64,000 bases of DNA. Source: a bacterium (lineage in GTDB: Bacteria > Patescibacteriota > Minisyncoccia > Moranbacterales > DUUL01). A program made the translations under genes and the position numbers. Positions 49,268-59,237 of the stretch are shown one piece after another; position 1 is the first letter of the stretch, and every line of letters starts with the position of its first letter. Under the pieces are notes generated by a model, which was not told the origin of the DNA, did no database searches, and saw nothing but the letters and a program-made list of their open reading frames with translations. Location of the stretch: contig JABGXP010000018.1 in NCBI GenBank assembly GCA_018675685.1, positions 16,175 through 80,174 on the forward strand. Direction: 5' to 3'.

Positions 49268-49780
49268 TTATTTCAATATCGCCTGAGCAAAAGGGACTGA
49301 GAATGCTCTGCACCAGATCCAAACCTCGTTGTTTATGTCCAGGTTTATTTCTTTTGGAATTAGATAATTTTGTCCACCCTTATTACCCTTTAGTTTTCCT
49401 AGATTTATTTCAGAAATATATTCCCCATCCTTTCCTAGATGCACAAAAAGATCTGGTCCATTTTCTGCGTCAAAACTGTCTTCAATTCGGAGGTAAGTAT
49501 CTCCTTTGATTTCAACAAAAGACACTGATCCACTCGCTCGATGGTTTGATTTTCCTTCGAATCTTCCAGTGGCAATAATTTGCAGTGTTGGTGGGGAGAT
49601 ATTTTCTTGTGGTGAAGAATCGGGTATTGAATTTTTTGAGACCTCCTTCTTTGTAATTGAGTGATTTGTGATATCTTCCAATGATTCATTTATCTCTTTA
49701 TCAATAAAGAGTGGCGAAATTAGCCAATATGTTATAGCAAAGAGCACTATTGTTGAAATCATGATGATTATCTTTTTCAT
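49268..49780 (-). CDS. DM13-domain exported protein
   Basis: SPLF, G.F....H.ASG, NGPDL.V.L, LKGN.G.QNY, IWCRAF.V.F. Confidence 0.85.
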   Translation of the reverse strand: MKKIIIMISTIVLFAITYWLISPLFIDKEINESLEDITNHSITKKEVSKNSIPDSSPQENISPPTLQIIATGRFEGKSNHRASGSVSFVEIKGDTYLRIEDSFDAENGPDLFVHLGKDGEYISEINLGKLKGNKGGQNYLIPKEINLDINNEVWIWCRAFSVPFAQAILK

Positions 49781-49943
49781 ATAGTTGTTCTGAATGTTTA
49801 AAAATTTAGTAGCTATTATTATTTTAACAACAAATAGTTTATTCACAAGAGGATTTCTTTATAGTTGTAAGTTAGAATTTGCTAGGGCACCTTTTAATAC
49901 TTTAGAGTTGCGAAATTGTTTTTTTTTGGATATAATTGAGCAT

Positions 49944-50708
49944 ATGGGAAAAATAATATCATTAGTAAACCAAAAAGGCGGAGTAGGGAAAACAACTACC
50001 GCTATAAATCTGGTTTCATATCTTGCCGATTTTGGAAAGAAAGTTTTGTTAGTAGATCTTGATCCTCAGTCAAACGCTTCAAGTGGTTTAGGAATTGACC
50101 CTAATTCTATTGAGAAGAATCTTTATCACATGCTTGTTCTTGATGAACATTCAGATAATGTGATAATAAAAGCAGATTTTCTGAGTCACGACATAATAAC
50201 ATCAAACCAGGATCTTGCAGCAGCCTCAGTTGAATTAGCTGGAATGGAAAATAGGGAGTATCGTTTATACAACGCTCTACGAAAACTACGTCCCCAGTAC
50301 GACTTCATTATAATTGACTCACCACCAAGTTTAGGACTTTTAACTATTAATGGTTTGGTTGCCTCTGATGAAGTTATTATCCCGGTTCAAACTGAATATT
50401 TTGCGTTGGAAGGACTGGGACAATTGTTAAACACAGTTGATCTTGTTCAAGACCATTTGCAACCAAAATTGCAGCTTGGGGGAATTGTAATGACAATGTT
50501 CGATCGTAGAAATAGACTTGCTCATCAGGTTGTAAAAGAGGTTAAGAAGCATTTTCCAGGGAAAGTATTCGATGCGGTGATTCCAAGAACTGTGAAACTC
50601 GCCGAAGCACCAAGTTTTGGAAAATCAATTCTTAATTTTGATCGATTTAATAAAGGGGCAAGAGCATATCGACAACTTGCAAATGAAGTGATTGAAAGGA
50701 GCGAGTGA
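49944..50708 (+). CDS. parA: ParA/Soj ATPase
   Basis: NQKGGVGKTTT, DLDPQ.NA, DSPPSLG, EYFALEG, LAEAPS. Confidence 0.95.
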   Translation: MGKIISLVNQKGGVGKTTTAINLVSYLADFGKKVLLVDLDPQSNASSGLGIDPNSIEKNLYHMLVLDEHSDNVIIKADFLSHDIITSNQDLAAASVELAGMENREYRLYNALRKLRPQYDFIIIDSPPSLGLLTINGLVASDEVIIPVQTEYFALEGLGQLLNTVDLVQDHLQPKLQLGGIVMTMFDRRNRLAHQVVKEVKKHFPGKVFDAVIPRTVKLAEAPSFGKSILNFDRFNKGARAYRQLANEVIERSE

Positions 50709-50768
50709 TTTCTTTGTGACGTTAAGTGAAATTGAAAAATAAAGATAATAAACTTAGAACAAATAAAA

Positions 50769-51821
50769 ATGGTTCAGCAAGGTGGATTGGGAAGAGGTTT
50801 GGCTTCTCTTATTCCTCAAAAAAATTTAAAGAAAAGAGACAATAAAGAGATCAGGAAAACTGATGAAGACCAGTCCTACTTAAGTTCCAAAAACAAGAAG
50901 CAGTGGCCGAATTCTGGTTTGGTTATAAAAAACGAAACCAAAAATCAAGCCCCGAAATCAAAAATTAAGAAAGGGAAGCGGGAAAGTATTGAGAGAACTA
51001 ACGAAGAGGTGAGTAGAAAAGAAAAAAGAACTTTTAAGGAAGGAGTTGATACAGTTGCAGTGGATCGAATTATTCCAAACCCACATCAACCAAGGATGAA
51101 TTTCAATGAATCAAAACTTGCAGAACTTGCTGATTCAATAAGTGCGCATGGAATTATTCAACCGCTAATAGTTACAAGTACAAGCAGCGGTGATTATGAG
51201 CTGATTGCAGGTGAGCGTCGTTTGGAGGCCAGTAAGATTTCTGGATTAGAGAAAGTTCCTGTTATCGTAAGGGACGTTGATGACCAAAAAAAAGCAGAGT
51301 GGGCAGTAGTTGAAAATGTCCAACGCCATGACCTAAACCCAATAGAAGAGGCCAAGGCATATAAGAAGATGCAAGAGAGATTTTCAATGACCCAAGAAGA
51401 AATTGCTGTGCGTGTTGGTAAGAGTAGGAGTACCATTGCTAATTCATTAAGACTATTGAATCTTCCAATTGAGATCCAGAGAGCTTTAATGGAAGAAAGA
51501 ATTTCAGAAGGTCATGCAAAGACAATTTTAAGTATTTCGAATCCAGAAAAACAAAGAGCACTCTTTGAGTTAATTTTAAAAGAGAATCTCAATGTTAGGC
51601 AAGCTGAGGTTAAAGTAAGAGATTCCCTAGGAAATGTTTCCAGGAGAAAAAGAAGACACTTAGATCCAGATGTTTATTCTAAACAAGAAGAGCTATCCCA
51701 ATCACTAGGGACTAAAGTTGAAATAAAAAAAGGAACAAAAGGTGGTAAAATAGTTATTGATTTCTATTCAGAGGAAGAACTGGAATCTCTTCTAACCAAC
51801 CTAACACCTCAAGATGATTGA
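50769..51821 (+). CDS. parB: ParB/Spo0J
   Basis: GLGRGL, PNPHQPR, IAGERR, ENVQR.DLNPIEEA, HTH. Confidence 0.95.
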   Translation: MVQQGGLGRGLASLIPQKNLKKRDNKEIRKTDEDQSYLSSKNKKQWPNSGLVIKNETKNQAPKSKIKKGKRESIERTNEEVSRKEKRTFKEGVDTVAVDRIIPNPHQPRMNFNESKLAELADSISAHGIIQPLIVTSTSSGDYELIAGERRLEASKISGLEKVPVIVRDVDDQKKAEWAVVENVQRHDLNPIEEAKAYKKMQERFSMTQEEIAVRVGKSRSTIANSLRLLNLPIEIQRALMEERISEGHAKTILSISNPEKQRALFELILKENLNVRQAEVKVRDSLGNVSRRKRRHLDPDVYSKQEELSQSLGTKVEIKKGTKGGKIVIDFYSEEELESLLTNLTPQDD

Positions 51822-52248
51822 ATTTGAGGAGCCTGAAAAAGAGTATGTGTTTGAGGGCTCGAATATTATTAACAATAAACCAAAAACGAGGCTTTTAGTA
51901 TTACTACTGACCTTCTTTGTCATCATTGGGCTTTTTGTTAAAAATGAGTACAATTTTAATTTTTTTAAGGACAATAAAAGAATACTAAACTTTATTTGTT
52001 CTGATGAAAGCGTCTTCAATTATCATGACACAAAGGAAGCTAATTACGAAAGGGCTAAAAAAGCTCTCACTAATAACACTAGTTTATTGAAGAATGAGAA
52101 GGAGTTTACAGGAAGCGGAATCACATTTAAAAAAGTAAGTAGGACAAGAGTCATGAGACCTGTCATCGAATTGACTTTTTCAGGTGAAACTAGTTTTAAT
52201 GTGACAAAAGAGATGTGTGGCTTTAAGATAAAGTCTATATATAAATAG
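51814..52248 (+). CDS. Hypothetical membrane-anchored protein
   Basis: Single TM; overlaps the parB stop. Confidence 0.55.
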   Translation: MIEFEEPEKEYVFEGSNIINNKPKTRLLVLLLTFFVIIGLFVKNEYNFNFFKDNKRILNFICSDESVFNYHDTKEANYERAKKALTNNTSLLKNEKEFTGSGITFKKVSRTRVMRPVIELTFSGETSFNVTKEMCGFKIKSIYK

Positions 52249-52268
52249 TTATAAGGTAAGGTTAAGAA

Positions 52269-52697
52269 ATGAATCAAATTAATATTTTTACAGACGGAGG
52301 ATCGAGAGGAAATCCTGGACCTTCAGCAGTAGGTGCTGTTATCGAAATTGGTGGGGAAAAGAAAAAATACGGCGAGTTTATTGGAAAAGCAACCAATAAT
52401 GAAGCTGAGTATGCAGCTCTTATTTTTGCGCTAAAGAAAACAAAACAACTTATTGGAAAGAACAATACCAAAGGGGCTAAATTGAGATGTGTGAGTGATT
52501 CTGAGTTAATGGTCAAGCAATTGAATGGAGAGTATAAACTGAAAGATGAAAAAATCCAAAAGAATTTTATTGAAATTTGGAATTTAAAACTTGATTTCGG
52601 AGAAATTTCTTTTGAGCACACAAAGCGTGAAAATAATAAAGAGGCTGATGCAATGGTAAATGAGGCGCTGGATCAGGAGAACTCAAGAATGTTCTAA
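52269..52697 (+). CDS. rnhA: Ribonuclease HI family
   Basis: TDGGSRGNPGP, TNNEAEY, DSEL.VKQ, N.EAD. Confidence 0.9.
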   Translation: MNQINIFTDGGSRGNPGPSAVGAVIEIGGEKKKYGEFIGKATNNEAEYAALIFALKKTKQLIGKNNTKGAKLRCVSDSELMVKQLNGEYKLKDEKIQKNFIEIWNLKLDFGEISFEHTKRENNKEADAMVNEALDQENSRMF

Positions 52698-52747
52698 GTT
52701 CTCTAAAAAACCCAATTATATTAGGAATAAAAAGTAAGTATTAAAGA

Positions 52748-53824
52748 ATGAAAATTGTAATTTTAGCAGGTGGTGGTGGTTCAAGAATGTGGCCAATGAG
52801 TAGAGCTGGGAAACCGAAACAGTTCTGCAGATTGATTTCAGAAAAAACAATGCTCGAGGAGACAATCGATCGTTTTGGGGACTATCCAGAGAATAAAATC
52901 TTTATAGCTACAACAAGTGAGTTAAAGGAAGGGGTTGAAGAAATTCTTCCCAATTTTCCAAAAGAGAATATTATAGTGGAACCAGCTAGGCGTGACACTG
53001 CACCTGCAATGGCCTATGCTGCGCTAAGGTTGAAATTAATCGACCCAGATGAACCAATAGCATTCATTCCCTCAGACCATTACATTGGAAGAATCGATAA
53101 ATTCTTAAATTCCATTAAGGAGGCAGAAAAAATGATCAAGGAAACTGGAAAACTTCTAGATATTTCAGTTCATCCAACGATACCAACAACAACGTTGGGA
53201 TATACTAAGGTCGGCAAAAGATTGTTTGAGCGAAATGGCGTGGAATTTTTTGAGTTTAAGGGTCATGCTGAAAAACCTGACTACAAAACAGCTCAGAAAT
53301 ATCTAGAGGAAGGATGTTATCTGTGGCATGCAAATTATTATATGTGGACCCCGAAATTATTCTTGGAAGCATATAAAAAATATGCACCAAAGATGTATGA
53401 GAAATTACTAGAAATTGAAGAGGCTATTAAAAACGAAGATGAGGTGGTGATCGAAAAGTCTTACCGTGAGATGGAGAAAATTTCAATTGATTATGCAATT
53501 ACAGAGAAGATGGATCCAGAAGAACTTTTGATCATTAAAGGCTCTTTCGATTGGAAGGACATTGGTGCTTGGGACACTTTGCATGAAAATTTGATGACAA
53601 AGACGGATGAACGGAGAAATTTAGTTAAAGGGGAAAGACTGAACATTGAAACTTCAGGTTGTATTATCTACGGAACTGAAGGGAAGCTGATTGCAACTGT
53701 TGGTGTCGATGACCTGGTTATTATTGATACAAAAGACTCTCTTCTGATATGTCCAAAATCGAGAGCACAGGACGTGAAAAAAGTTGTAGAGGAATTAAGA
53801 GAGAGAGAGGAGAGATATTTGTAA
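52748..53824 (+). CDS. manC: Mannose-1-phosphate guanylyltransferase
   Basis: LAGGGGSRMWPMSR..PKQF, EP.RRDTAPA, PSDH, SIDYA, W.DIG.W. Confidence 0.88.
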   Translation: MKIVILAGGGGSRMWPMSRAGKPKQFCRLISEKTMLEETIDRFGDYPENKIFIATTSELKEGVEEILPNFPKENIIVEPARRDTAPAMAYAALRLKLIDPDEPIAFIPSDHYIGRIDKFLNSIKEAEKMIKETGKLLDISVHPTIPTTTLGYTKVGKRLFERNGVEFFEFKGHAEKPDYKTAQKYLEEGCYLWHANYYMWTPKLFLEAYKKYAPKMYEKLLEIEEAIKNEDEVVIEKSYREMEKISIDYAITEKMDPEELLIIKGSFDWKDIGAWDTLHENLMTKTDERRNLVKGERLNIETSGCIIYGTEGKLIATVGVDDLVIIDTKDSLLICPKSRAQDVKKVVEELREREERYL

Positions 53825-53875
53825 TCATTTGCAAGAAATTAAAATAAATAGAGAACAAGGTTACAACAATAGTGC

Positions 53876-53906
53876 AAAAATCCATAACATTTGTTATGGA
53901 TTTTTA
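53876..53906 (+). terminator. Intrinsic terminator
   Basis: AAAAATCCATAACA-TT-TGTTATGGATTTTT. Confidence 0.7.
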
Positions 53907-53999
53907 TTGCAAACAATAGCTGCAATGGATTTGAGATAAGAGTTTTTGTAGGAACTCTTAAAAAATAAAAGAAGAAACGTTAATAAGCAAGGAATAAAG

Positions 54000-54092
54000 T
54001 TGACAATGAAAGAGCGTTTTTGTATACTAACAGTGTGAAATGAGAGAGGTTGCTTGAGAATTCCGGTCATGAAATGACGGGAATTTATTTTT
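54000..54092 (+). promoter_or_regulatory. nusA promoter and leader attenuator hairpin
   Basis: TTGACA-N17-TATACT; AATTCCGGTCAT-GAA-ATGACGGGAATT-TATTTTT. Confidence 0.65.
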
Positions 54093-54142
54093 AAAAGAAA
54101 CTTTTAAGTTGCAAGAATTAATAAATAGCTAAATTTACTAAA

Positions 54143-55570
54143 ATGGGAACAAAACTAATTAAAGACTCCTCAGCTCTCGGGCAGTTTGGAAGTGCTATCG
54201 CACAAATTTGTGAGGAGAAAGGAATTGAAAAAAAGAAAGTAATTGAGTCTGTTGAAGCCGCACTAGCCGCTGCGTATAAAAAGGATTATGGACACAAAGG
54301 GCAAATTATAATTGCTCATTTAGGTGAAGATACGGGAGAGGTTAGCTTTAAGCAATTACGAGAAGTGATTGATGAATCTGTACGCGTGATAGAGCGAGAG
54401 TATCTCACAGAAAATGCGCATGAGATTGGCGAAGGAGCAAAAAAAAGTGATGAAATTTTGGATGGAGTTAAGGTCCAGGAAATTATTGAAGAATCAGAAA
54501 CTCTTCCGAGGTTTAATCCAGAAAGAGATGTTCTTTTGGAGGATGCTGTAAAGATTGACAATTCAATTGCTATCGGAGAGTTCATTGAAATCCCACTTGA
54601 AACAAAAGATCAATATGGAAGAGTCGCCTCACAAACAGCGAAGCAAGTGATTATTCAAAGGATTCGGGAAGCAGAAAGAGACTCAATGTTTGAGGAATAC
54701 AAAGAGAAGGAAGGTGATGTTGTGAACGGAACTGTTCAGAGAGTCGAGTTAAATAAAGTATTTATAGATCTTGGAAAAGCTGTAGGAGTATTATTCCCGT
54801 CTGAACAAATCCCAACGGAAAGATATCGAATTGGACAAAGAATTAAGGTTTATCTAAGTCGTGTTGAATCTGATCCAAAGGGACCAGGAATCACACTTTC
54901 AAGAAGACACCCTGAATTGTTGAAGAAATTATTTGAATTGGAAGTACCAGAGATTTTTGCTGGAACAGTTGAAATTAAAGCAATTGCGAGAGAGGCAGGT
55001 GGTCGATCTAAGATTGCTGTGATTTCAAATGAGGATGGGATTGATCCAATTGGTTCTTGTGTTGGACAAAAAGGGACTCGAGTCCAAGCAGTAATAGATG
55101 AGATTTGTGGAGAAAAAATTGACATTATTGAATGGAGTGAAGATCCAGAGGAAATGATTGCAAGCGCGCTTTCACCCGCAAAAGTAATTAATGTTGAAGC
55201 GAAGGAGTCTGAGAAAAAAGAAGAAGGTGAGACTGAAGAAAGAAAAGCCATTGCATATGTTACACAAGAACAACTTTCTTTGGCAATTGGGAAAAGAGGG
55301 CAGAACGTTAGATTGGCTGCTAAATTAACAGGGTGGAAAATAGATGTTGAAGTTATCAACGATGATAGTGAAGCTACGACTACTGATTCCGAAGAGAAAA
55401 AAGAAATAGTTGAGACTGAAAAAGAAGATTCAGCAGTAGAAGATAAAAAAAAATCTCTTAAGGCTGAGGAAATCGAAGAAGGGCCAAAGGAGATAAAAAA
55501 GAAGGCCACTAAAAAAGTGACAAAGAAAAAAGTTGTAAAAGTAGAAAAAAAAGTCACTAAGAAAGAATAA
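54143..55570 (+). CDS. nusA: Transcription factor NusA
   Basis: GRVASQTAKQVI.Q, S1, AREAG.RSK, GSCVG..G.RV, AIGKRGQNVRLA. Confidence 0.97.
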   Translation: MGTKLIKDSSALGQFGSAIAQICEEKGIEKKKVIESVEAALAAAYKKDYGHKGQIIIAHLGEDTGEVSFKQLREVIDESVRVIEREYLTENAHEIGEGAKKSDEILDGVKVQEIIEESETLPRFNPERDVLLEDAVKIDNSIAIGEFIEIPLETKDQYGRVASQTAKQVIIQRIREAERDSMFEEYKEKEGDVVNGTVQRVELNKVFIDLGKAVGVLFPSEQIPTERYRIGQRIKVYLSRVESDPKGPGITLSRRHPELLKKLFELEVPEIFAGTVEIKAIAREAGGRSKIAVISNEDGIDPIGSCVGQKGTRVQAVIDEICGEKIDIIEWSEDPEEMIASALSPAKVINVEAKESEKKEEGETEERKAIAYVTQEQLSLAIGKRGQNVRLAAKLTGWKIDVEVINDDSEATTTDSEEKKEIVETEKEDSAVEDKKKSLKAEEIEEGPKEIKKKATKKVTKKKVVKVEKKVTKKE

Positions 55571-55626
55571 TTTAGCGTTTGAAGATAGTAAAAAAGGTTT
55601 GAAAATAAGCTATTGAGATTAACTAG

Positions 55627-56550
55627 ATGAAATATATTATTGGACACAAAAATCCTGACACGGATACAATTTGCAGCGCAATCGGATATCAAGCGTTCCT
55701 AGAAGCCAGGAATATTAAAAGTGAAGCATTAGCGCTAGGCAGCATCAATAAAGAGACAAAGTTTGTACTAACTTATTTTGGCGTGGATCTTCCAAGAGAA
55801 GTTTCCGAGTTACCACATAACTCAGAAATAATTCTAGTTGATCACAATGAAGAGTCTCAGAGTATTGATAATTTAAATGAGCTAGATATTATCGAAATAA
55901 TTGATCATCATAAAGTTAAAATTCAAACAGACAAACCAATCAGGATTCACGTTGAACCGCTAGGATCTTCTTGTTCCATCATTGCAAAAAAATACTTTGC
56001 TAAAAATCTTGAAATATCAAAAGAAGTAGCAGGACTCTTGCTTGCAGGAATTATCTCTGATACATTATACTTTCGTTCTCCAACTACAACAGAAACTGAC
56101 AAAGAATTGGTGAAAAAACTTAATGAGATTGTGGAAATTGAAGATTTGGCTGAATTCAGTATGTTGATGTTTTATGCAAAAAGTGATATGAGCGATATTA
56201 AAACCAAAGACTTAATTAAATTGGACTATAAAGTCTTTGAATTTGGTGGAGCTGAATATGGAATTGGTGTTATGGAAACAACCAACAAGGACGCTGGATT
56301 AGAGAGAAAAGAAGAGATATTAGAAAATTTAACTCAAGTAAAAAAAACGGATAATCTAAAAGGAGCATTTCTTTCGATAATAGACATTTTAAATAAAGAA
56401 AGCTATACTCTTTGTTCAGGGAATGAAGAGAAGGAACTATTCATTGAAATGTTCAAAGCTGAGGACAGGGAGGACGTTTTGTTTGTAGACGGTATTGTTT
56501 CAAGGAAAAAAGAGATTGTGCCAGTTTTTGAAAATCATTTAAATAAGTAA
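55627..56550 (+). CDS. ppaC: Mn-dependent inorganic pyrophosphatase (family II)
   Basis: GHKNPDTD, LVDHNE, IDHH, SDTL, SRKK. Confidence 0.95.
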   Translation: MKYIIGHKNPDTDTICSAIGYQAFLEARNIKSEALALGSINKETKFVLTYFGVDLPREVSELPHNSEIILVDHNEESQSIDNLNELDIIEIIDHHKVKIQTDKPIRIHVEPLGSSCSIIAKKYFAKNLEISKEVAGLLLAGIISDTLYFRSPTTTETDKELVKKLNEIVEIEDLAEFSMLMFYAKSDMSDIKTKDLIKLDYKVFEFGGAEYGIGVMETTNKDAGLERKEEILENLTQVKKTDNLKGAFLSIIDILNKESYTLCSGNEEKELFIEMFKAEDREDVLFVDGIVSRKKEIVPVFENHLNK

Positions 56551-56572
56551 ATAAGAAATTTAAAGAAATATT

Positions 56573-57895
56573 ATGACGACTAAGAAGATAGAAAAAAAGA
56601 ATAAAGTTGAAATTGAAAAGCTTGCTGGATCTGAAGTTAAACTTTCAATTATTATACCGAAAGAGACATTCAATAAGCACGTAGAAACTGCTACTAAAAG
56701 TTTAGCTTCAGAGATGAAAATGGATGGTTTTCGAAATGGAAAAGTTCCGAAGGAAGTGGTTGAAAAGACAGTTGGAACAGAAAAGATCGTTTATCAGGCA
56801 GCAGAAGAGGCTGTTCGAGAGGGATATGTAAACGCAATTTTGGATAATAAAATTGATGCAATTGGTGAGCCGAGGATTGATATTAAAAAGATTGCCAAGG
56901 GAAACGACTTTGAATTTACTGCAACTGTAGGAGTTCTTCCTGAAATTGAACTTGGTAATTGGGAAAAGGGCGCCATTAAGATTAATAAGAAATTTTCCAA
57001 AGAAGAAATAAAAGTTGAAGAAAAAGAAATTGATCATGAAGTAAAATATCTTGCAGAGCAAAGAGCGAAAATTGTGACAGTAAACAGAGCTGTCAAAAAA
57101 GGCGATCAAGTTGAAATCGACTTTGATGTTTTCTTGGATAACGTCGCTATCGAAAATGGATCAGCGAAGAAGCATGTTATGCTAATCGGCGATGGTAAAT
57201 TTATACCTGGATTTGAAGATAATCTAATTGGCATGAAAGCTGGCGATGAAAAAGATTTTAAACTAGCTTTTCCAAAGGAGTATCATGCAAAGCATCTTGC
57301 AGGAAAGGAAGCAGAATTTAAAGTTAAACTTAATCTTGTCCAGGAAAAGGAAATTGCAAAGATCGACGATGATTTTGCTAAAAGTATTGGAGAATTTAAA
57401 AGCCTCAAGTCTTTGAAAGAAAATATTGAAAAAGGTATTTCACAAGAGAAAAAGCGAAAAAATGATGATGAGCACAAGAAGGAGTTGATTGAATCTATCA
57501 TTGAAACTATGAAAGTCGAAGTGCCAGAAGTTCTCCTGGAGAGAGAAATGGATATAATGATGGGAGAATTAGAGGCTGATATCTCCAGAATGGGGATTGA
57601 CAAGGAAGGATATTTCAAACAAGTCAAAACAACAGAGGAGAAAGTGAAAGAGGGATGGAAAGAGAACGCTGCACCAAAGAGAGTAAAAGCAGCCTTAATT
57701 CTTCAAGAAATTGCTAAGCAAGAAAAATTTGTGCCTGATACTAAGGAAATTGAAGAAAAAGTAAATCAAACTCTTGAGTATTATCAAACAATTGGAACCA
57801 CTGATGATAAAATTGATACGCACAGGCTTTATGAGGCAACGAAAGGCAGCTTGGCTAATGAGATGGTATTTAAATTCCTTATGGAAGTAAAATAG
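56573..57895 (+). CDS. tig: Trigger factor
   Basis: GFRNGKVP, FIPGFE, FP.EYHA..LAGK. Confidence 0.95.
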   Translation: MTTKKIEKKNKVEIEKLAGSEVKLSIIIPKETFNKHVETATKSLASEMKMDGFRNGKVPKEVVEKTVGTEKIVYQAAEEAVREGYVNAILDNKIDAIGEPRIDIKKIAKGNDFEFTATVGVLPEIELGNWEKGAIKINKKFSKEEIKVEEKEIDHEVKYLAEQRAKIVTVNRAVKKGDQVEIDFDVFLDNVAIENGSAKKHVMLIGDGKFIPGFEDNLIGMKAGDEKDFKLAFPKEYHAKHLAGKEAEFKVKLNLVQEKEIAKIDDDFAKSIGEFKSLKSLKENIEKGISQEKKRKNDDEHKKELIESIIETMKVEVPEVLLEREMDIMMGELEADISRMGIDKEGYFKQVKTTEEKVKEGWKENAAPKRVKAALILQEIAKQEKFVPDTKEIEEKVNQTLEYYQTIGTTDDKIDTHRLYEATKGSLANEMVFKFLMEVK

Positions 57896-57931
57896 ACGCT
57901 TAAGGAATTATTTAAAAAGTAAGATTGGTTT

Positions 57932-58504
57932 ATGCTTATCCCTACAGTTATTGAAAAATCACAATTTGGAGAACGAGCGTATGATATTTACTCGAGACTT
58001 CTCAAAGAAAGAATTATTTTCCTTGGAACACCGATTGATGATCAGGTTGCAAATGCTATTATTGCTCAATTACTTTTTCTTGATTCACAAGATAGTGACT
58101 TGGATGTCAAGCTATATATCAACTCGCCTGGTGGAAGTGTTTCTGCAGCATTAGCAATCTTTGATACAATGAATTTTATCAAAAGTGATGTTTCGACAAT
58201 TTGTGTTGGTTCGGCGGCAAGCGCAGCAGTAATCTTGCTTTGTGCTGGGAAAAAAGGAAAACGTTTTTCTTTACCAAACAGTGAGGTTATGATTCATCAA
58301 GTTATGGGTGGTGTGGAAGGTCAAGCTACGGATATTGACATCCACGCAAAGCATATTTTGAAGATTAAGGAAAAATTGAACAAAATATTAGCCAAACATA
58401 CAGGACAGAAGGAAAGCGATATTGGAAGAGATACTGAAAGAGACTACTTTATGTCCGCAGAGGAGGCTAAGAAATATGGAATTATCGACAAAATTATAAA
58501 GTAG
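57932..58504 (+). CDS. clpP: Clp protease proteolytic subunit
   Basis: [30 protein letters not shown]. Confidence 0.97.
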   Translation: MLIPTVIEKSQFGERAYDIYSRLLKERIIFLGTPIDDQVANAIIAQLLFLDSQDSDLDVKLYINSPGGSVSAALAIFDTMNFIKSDVSTICVGSAASAAVILLCAGKKGKRFSLPNSEVMIHQVMGGVEGQATDIDIHAKHILKIKEKLNKILAKHTGQKESDIGRDTERDYFMSAEEAKKYGIIDKIIK

Positions 58505-58623
58505 TGCGTAGCAATATTCTTATTGACAAAAGCGTTTTTTTTAGGTAAGCTACACAGAGTTTGTTTTTCATAAGAATCAAATTTATGTGTTTGTGTAATT
58601 AATTATTCATTGAAAGTGAGATT

Positions 58624-59049
58624 ATGATTATCATTAGATTTTCAAGAGTTGGAAAAAAGGGACATGCTCAATATAAAGTTGTGCTTGCTGAAAAATCATT
58701 TCCAGTACAAGGAAAGTGTATCGAACAATTAGGGAGCTATGATCCACACCAAAAATTAGCAGTTTTGAAGGCTGACAGAATCAAGTATTGGATTGGAGAA
58801 GGAGCTGCTTGTAGTGATTCAGTTCATAACATGCTTGTGAACGAAGGAATACTCAAGGCTGATAAGAGAAAAGTTTCAATTAAAATTGAAGAAAAAGAAG
58901 TGGAAGAGAAGGAGGAGAAGATTGAGGAGGTGAAGGAAGAGATAAAGACGGAAGAAGTAGTAAAAAAACCTTCTGAAACTGAGGTTGAGAAAAAGGAAGA
59001 ACCTAAAAAAGAAGCCTCTACTGAAGAAGCTAAGGAAGAAAAAAAATAG
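58624..59049 (+). CDS. rpsP: 30S ribosomal protein S16 with E/K-rich tail
   Basis: IRFSRVGKK, IEQLGSYDP, YWI..GA..SD.V. Confidence 0.93.
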   Translation: MIIIRFSRVGKKGHAQYKVVLAEKSFPVQGKCIEQLGSYDPHQKLAVLKADRIKYWIGEGAACSDSVHNMLVNEGILKADKRKVSIKIEEKEVEEKEEKIEEVKEEIKTEEVVKKPSETEVEKKEEPKKEASTEEAKEEKK

Positions 59050-59066
59050 ACTAGTTCAAACTATTT

Positions 59067-59093
59067 TAAAACCCGGTTACCACCGGGTTTTTT
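59067..59093 (+). terminator. Terminator after rpsP
   Basis: AAAACCCGGT-TACC-ACCGGGTTTTTT. Confidence 0.8.
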
Positions 59094-59237
59094 GTTTTTG
59101 AATGAAGTTTAGTTTTAATTGAATGAAGTTGATTTTTTCTAGATTTGATGTAGTATTAAGGTTGTAAGTAGAAGATAGTTTTGGATATCGACTATGTTTT
59201 TTTAGGTAGATGTATAAAAAGAAAGCTAATTAAAAAT

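Noticed and set aside
52176-52191. parS-like TTTTTCAGGTGAAACT near parB
   Set aside because: Three mismatches to TGTTTCACGTGAAACA, inside a CDS, single copy
54850-55692. Long antisense ORFs (also 1179-1655, 26257-26856, 46164-46796, 60572-61147)
   Set aside because: Shadow frames of well-supported genes, with S/F-rich composition mirroring E/K codons
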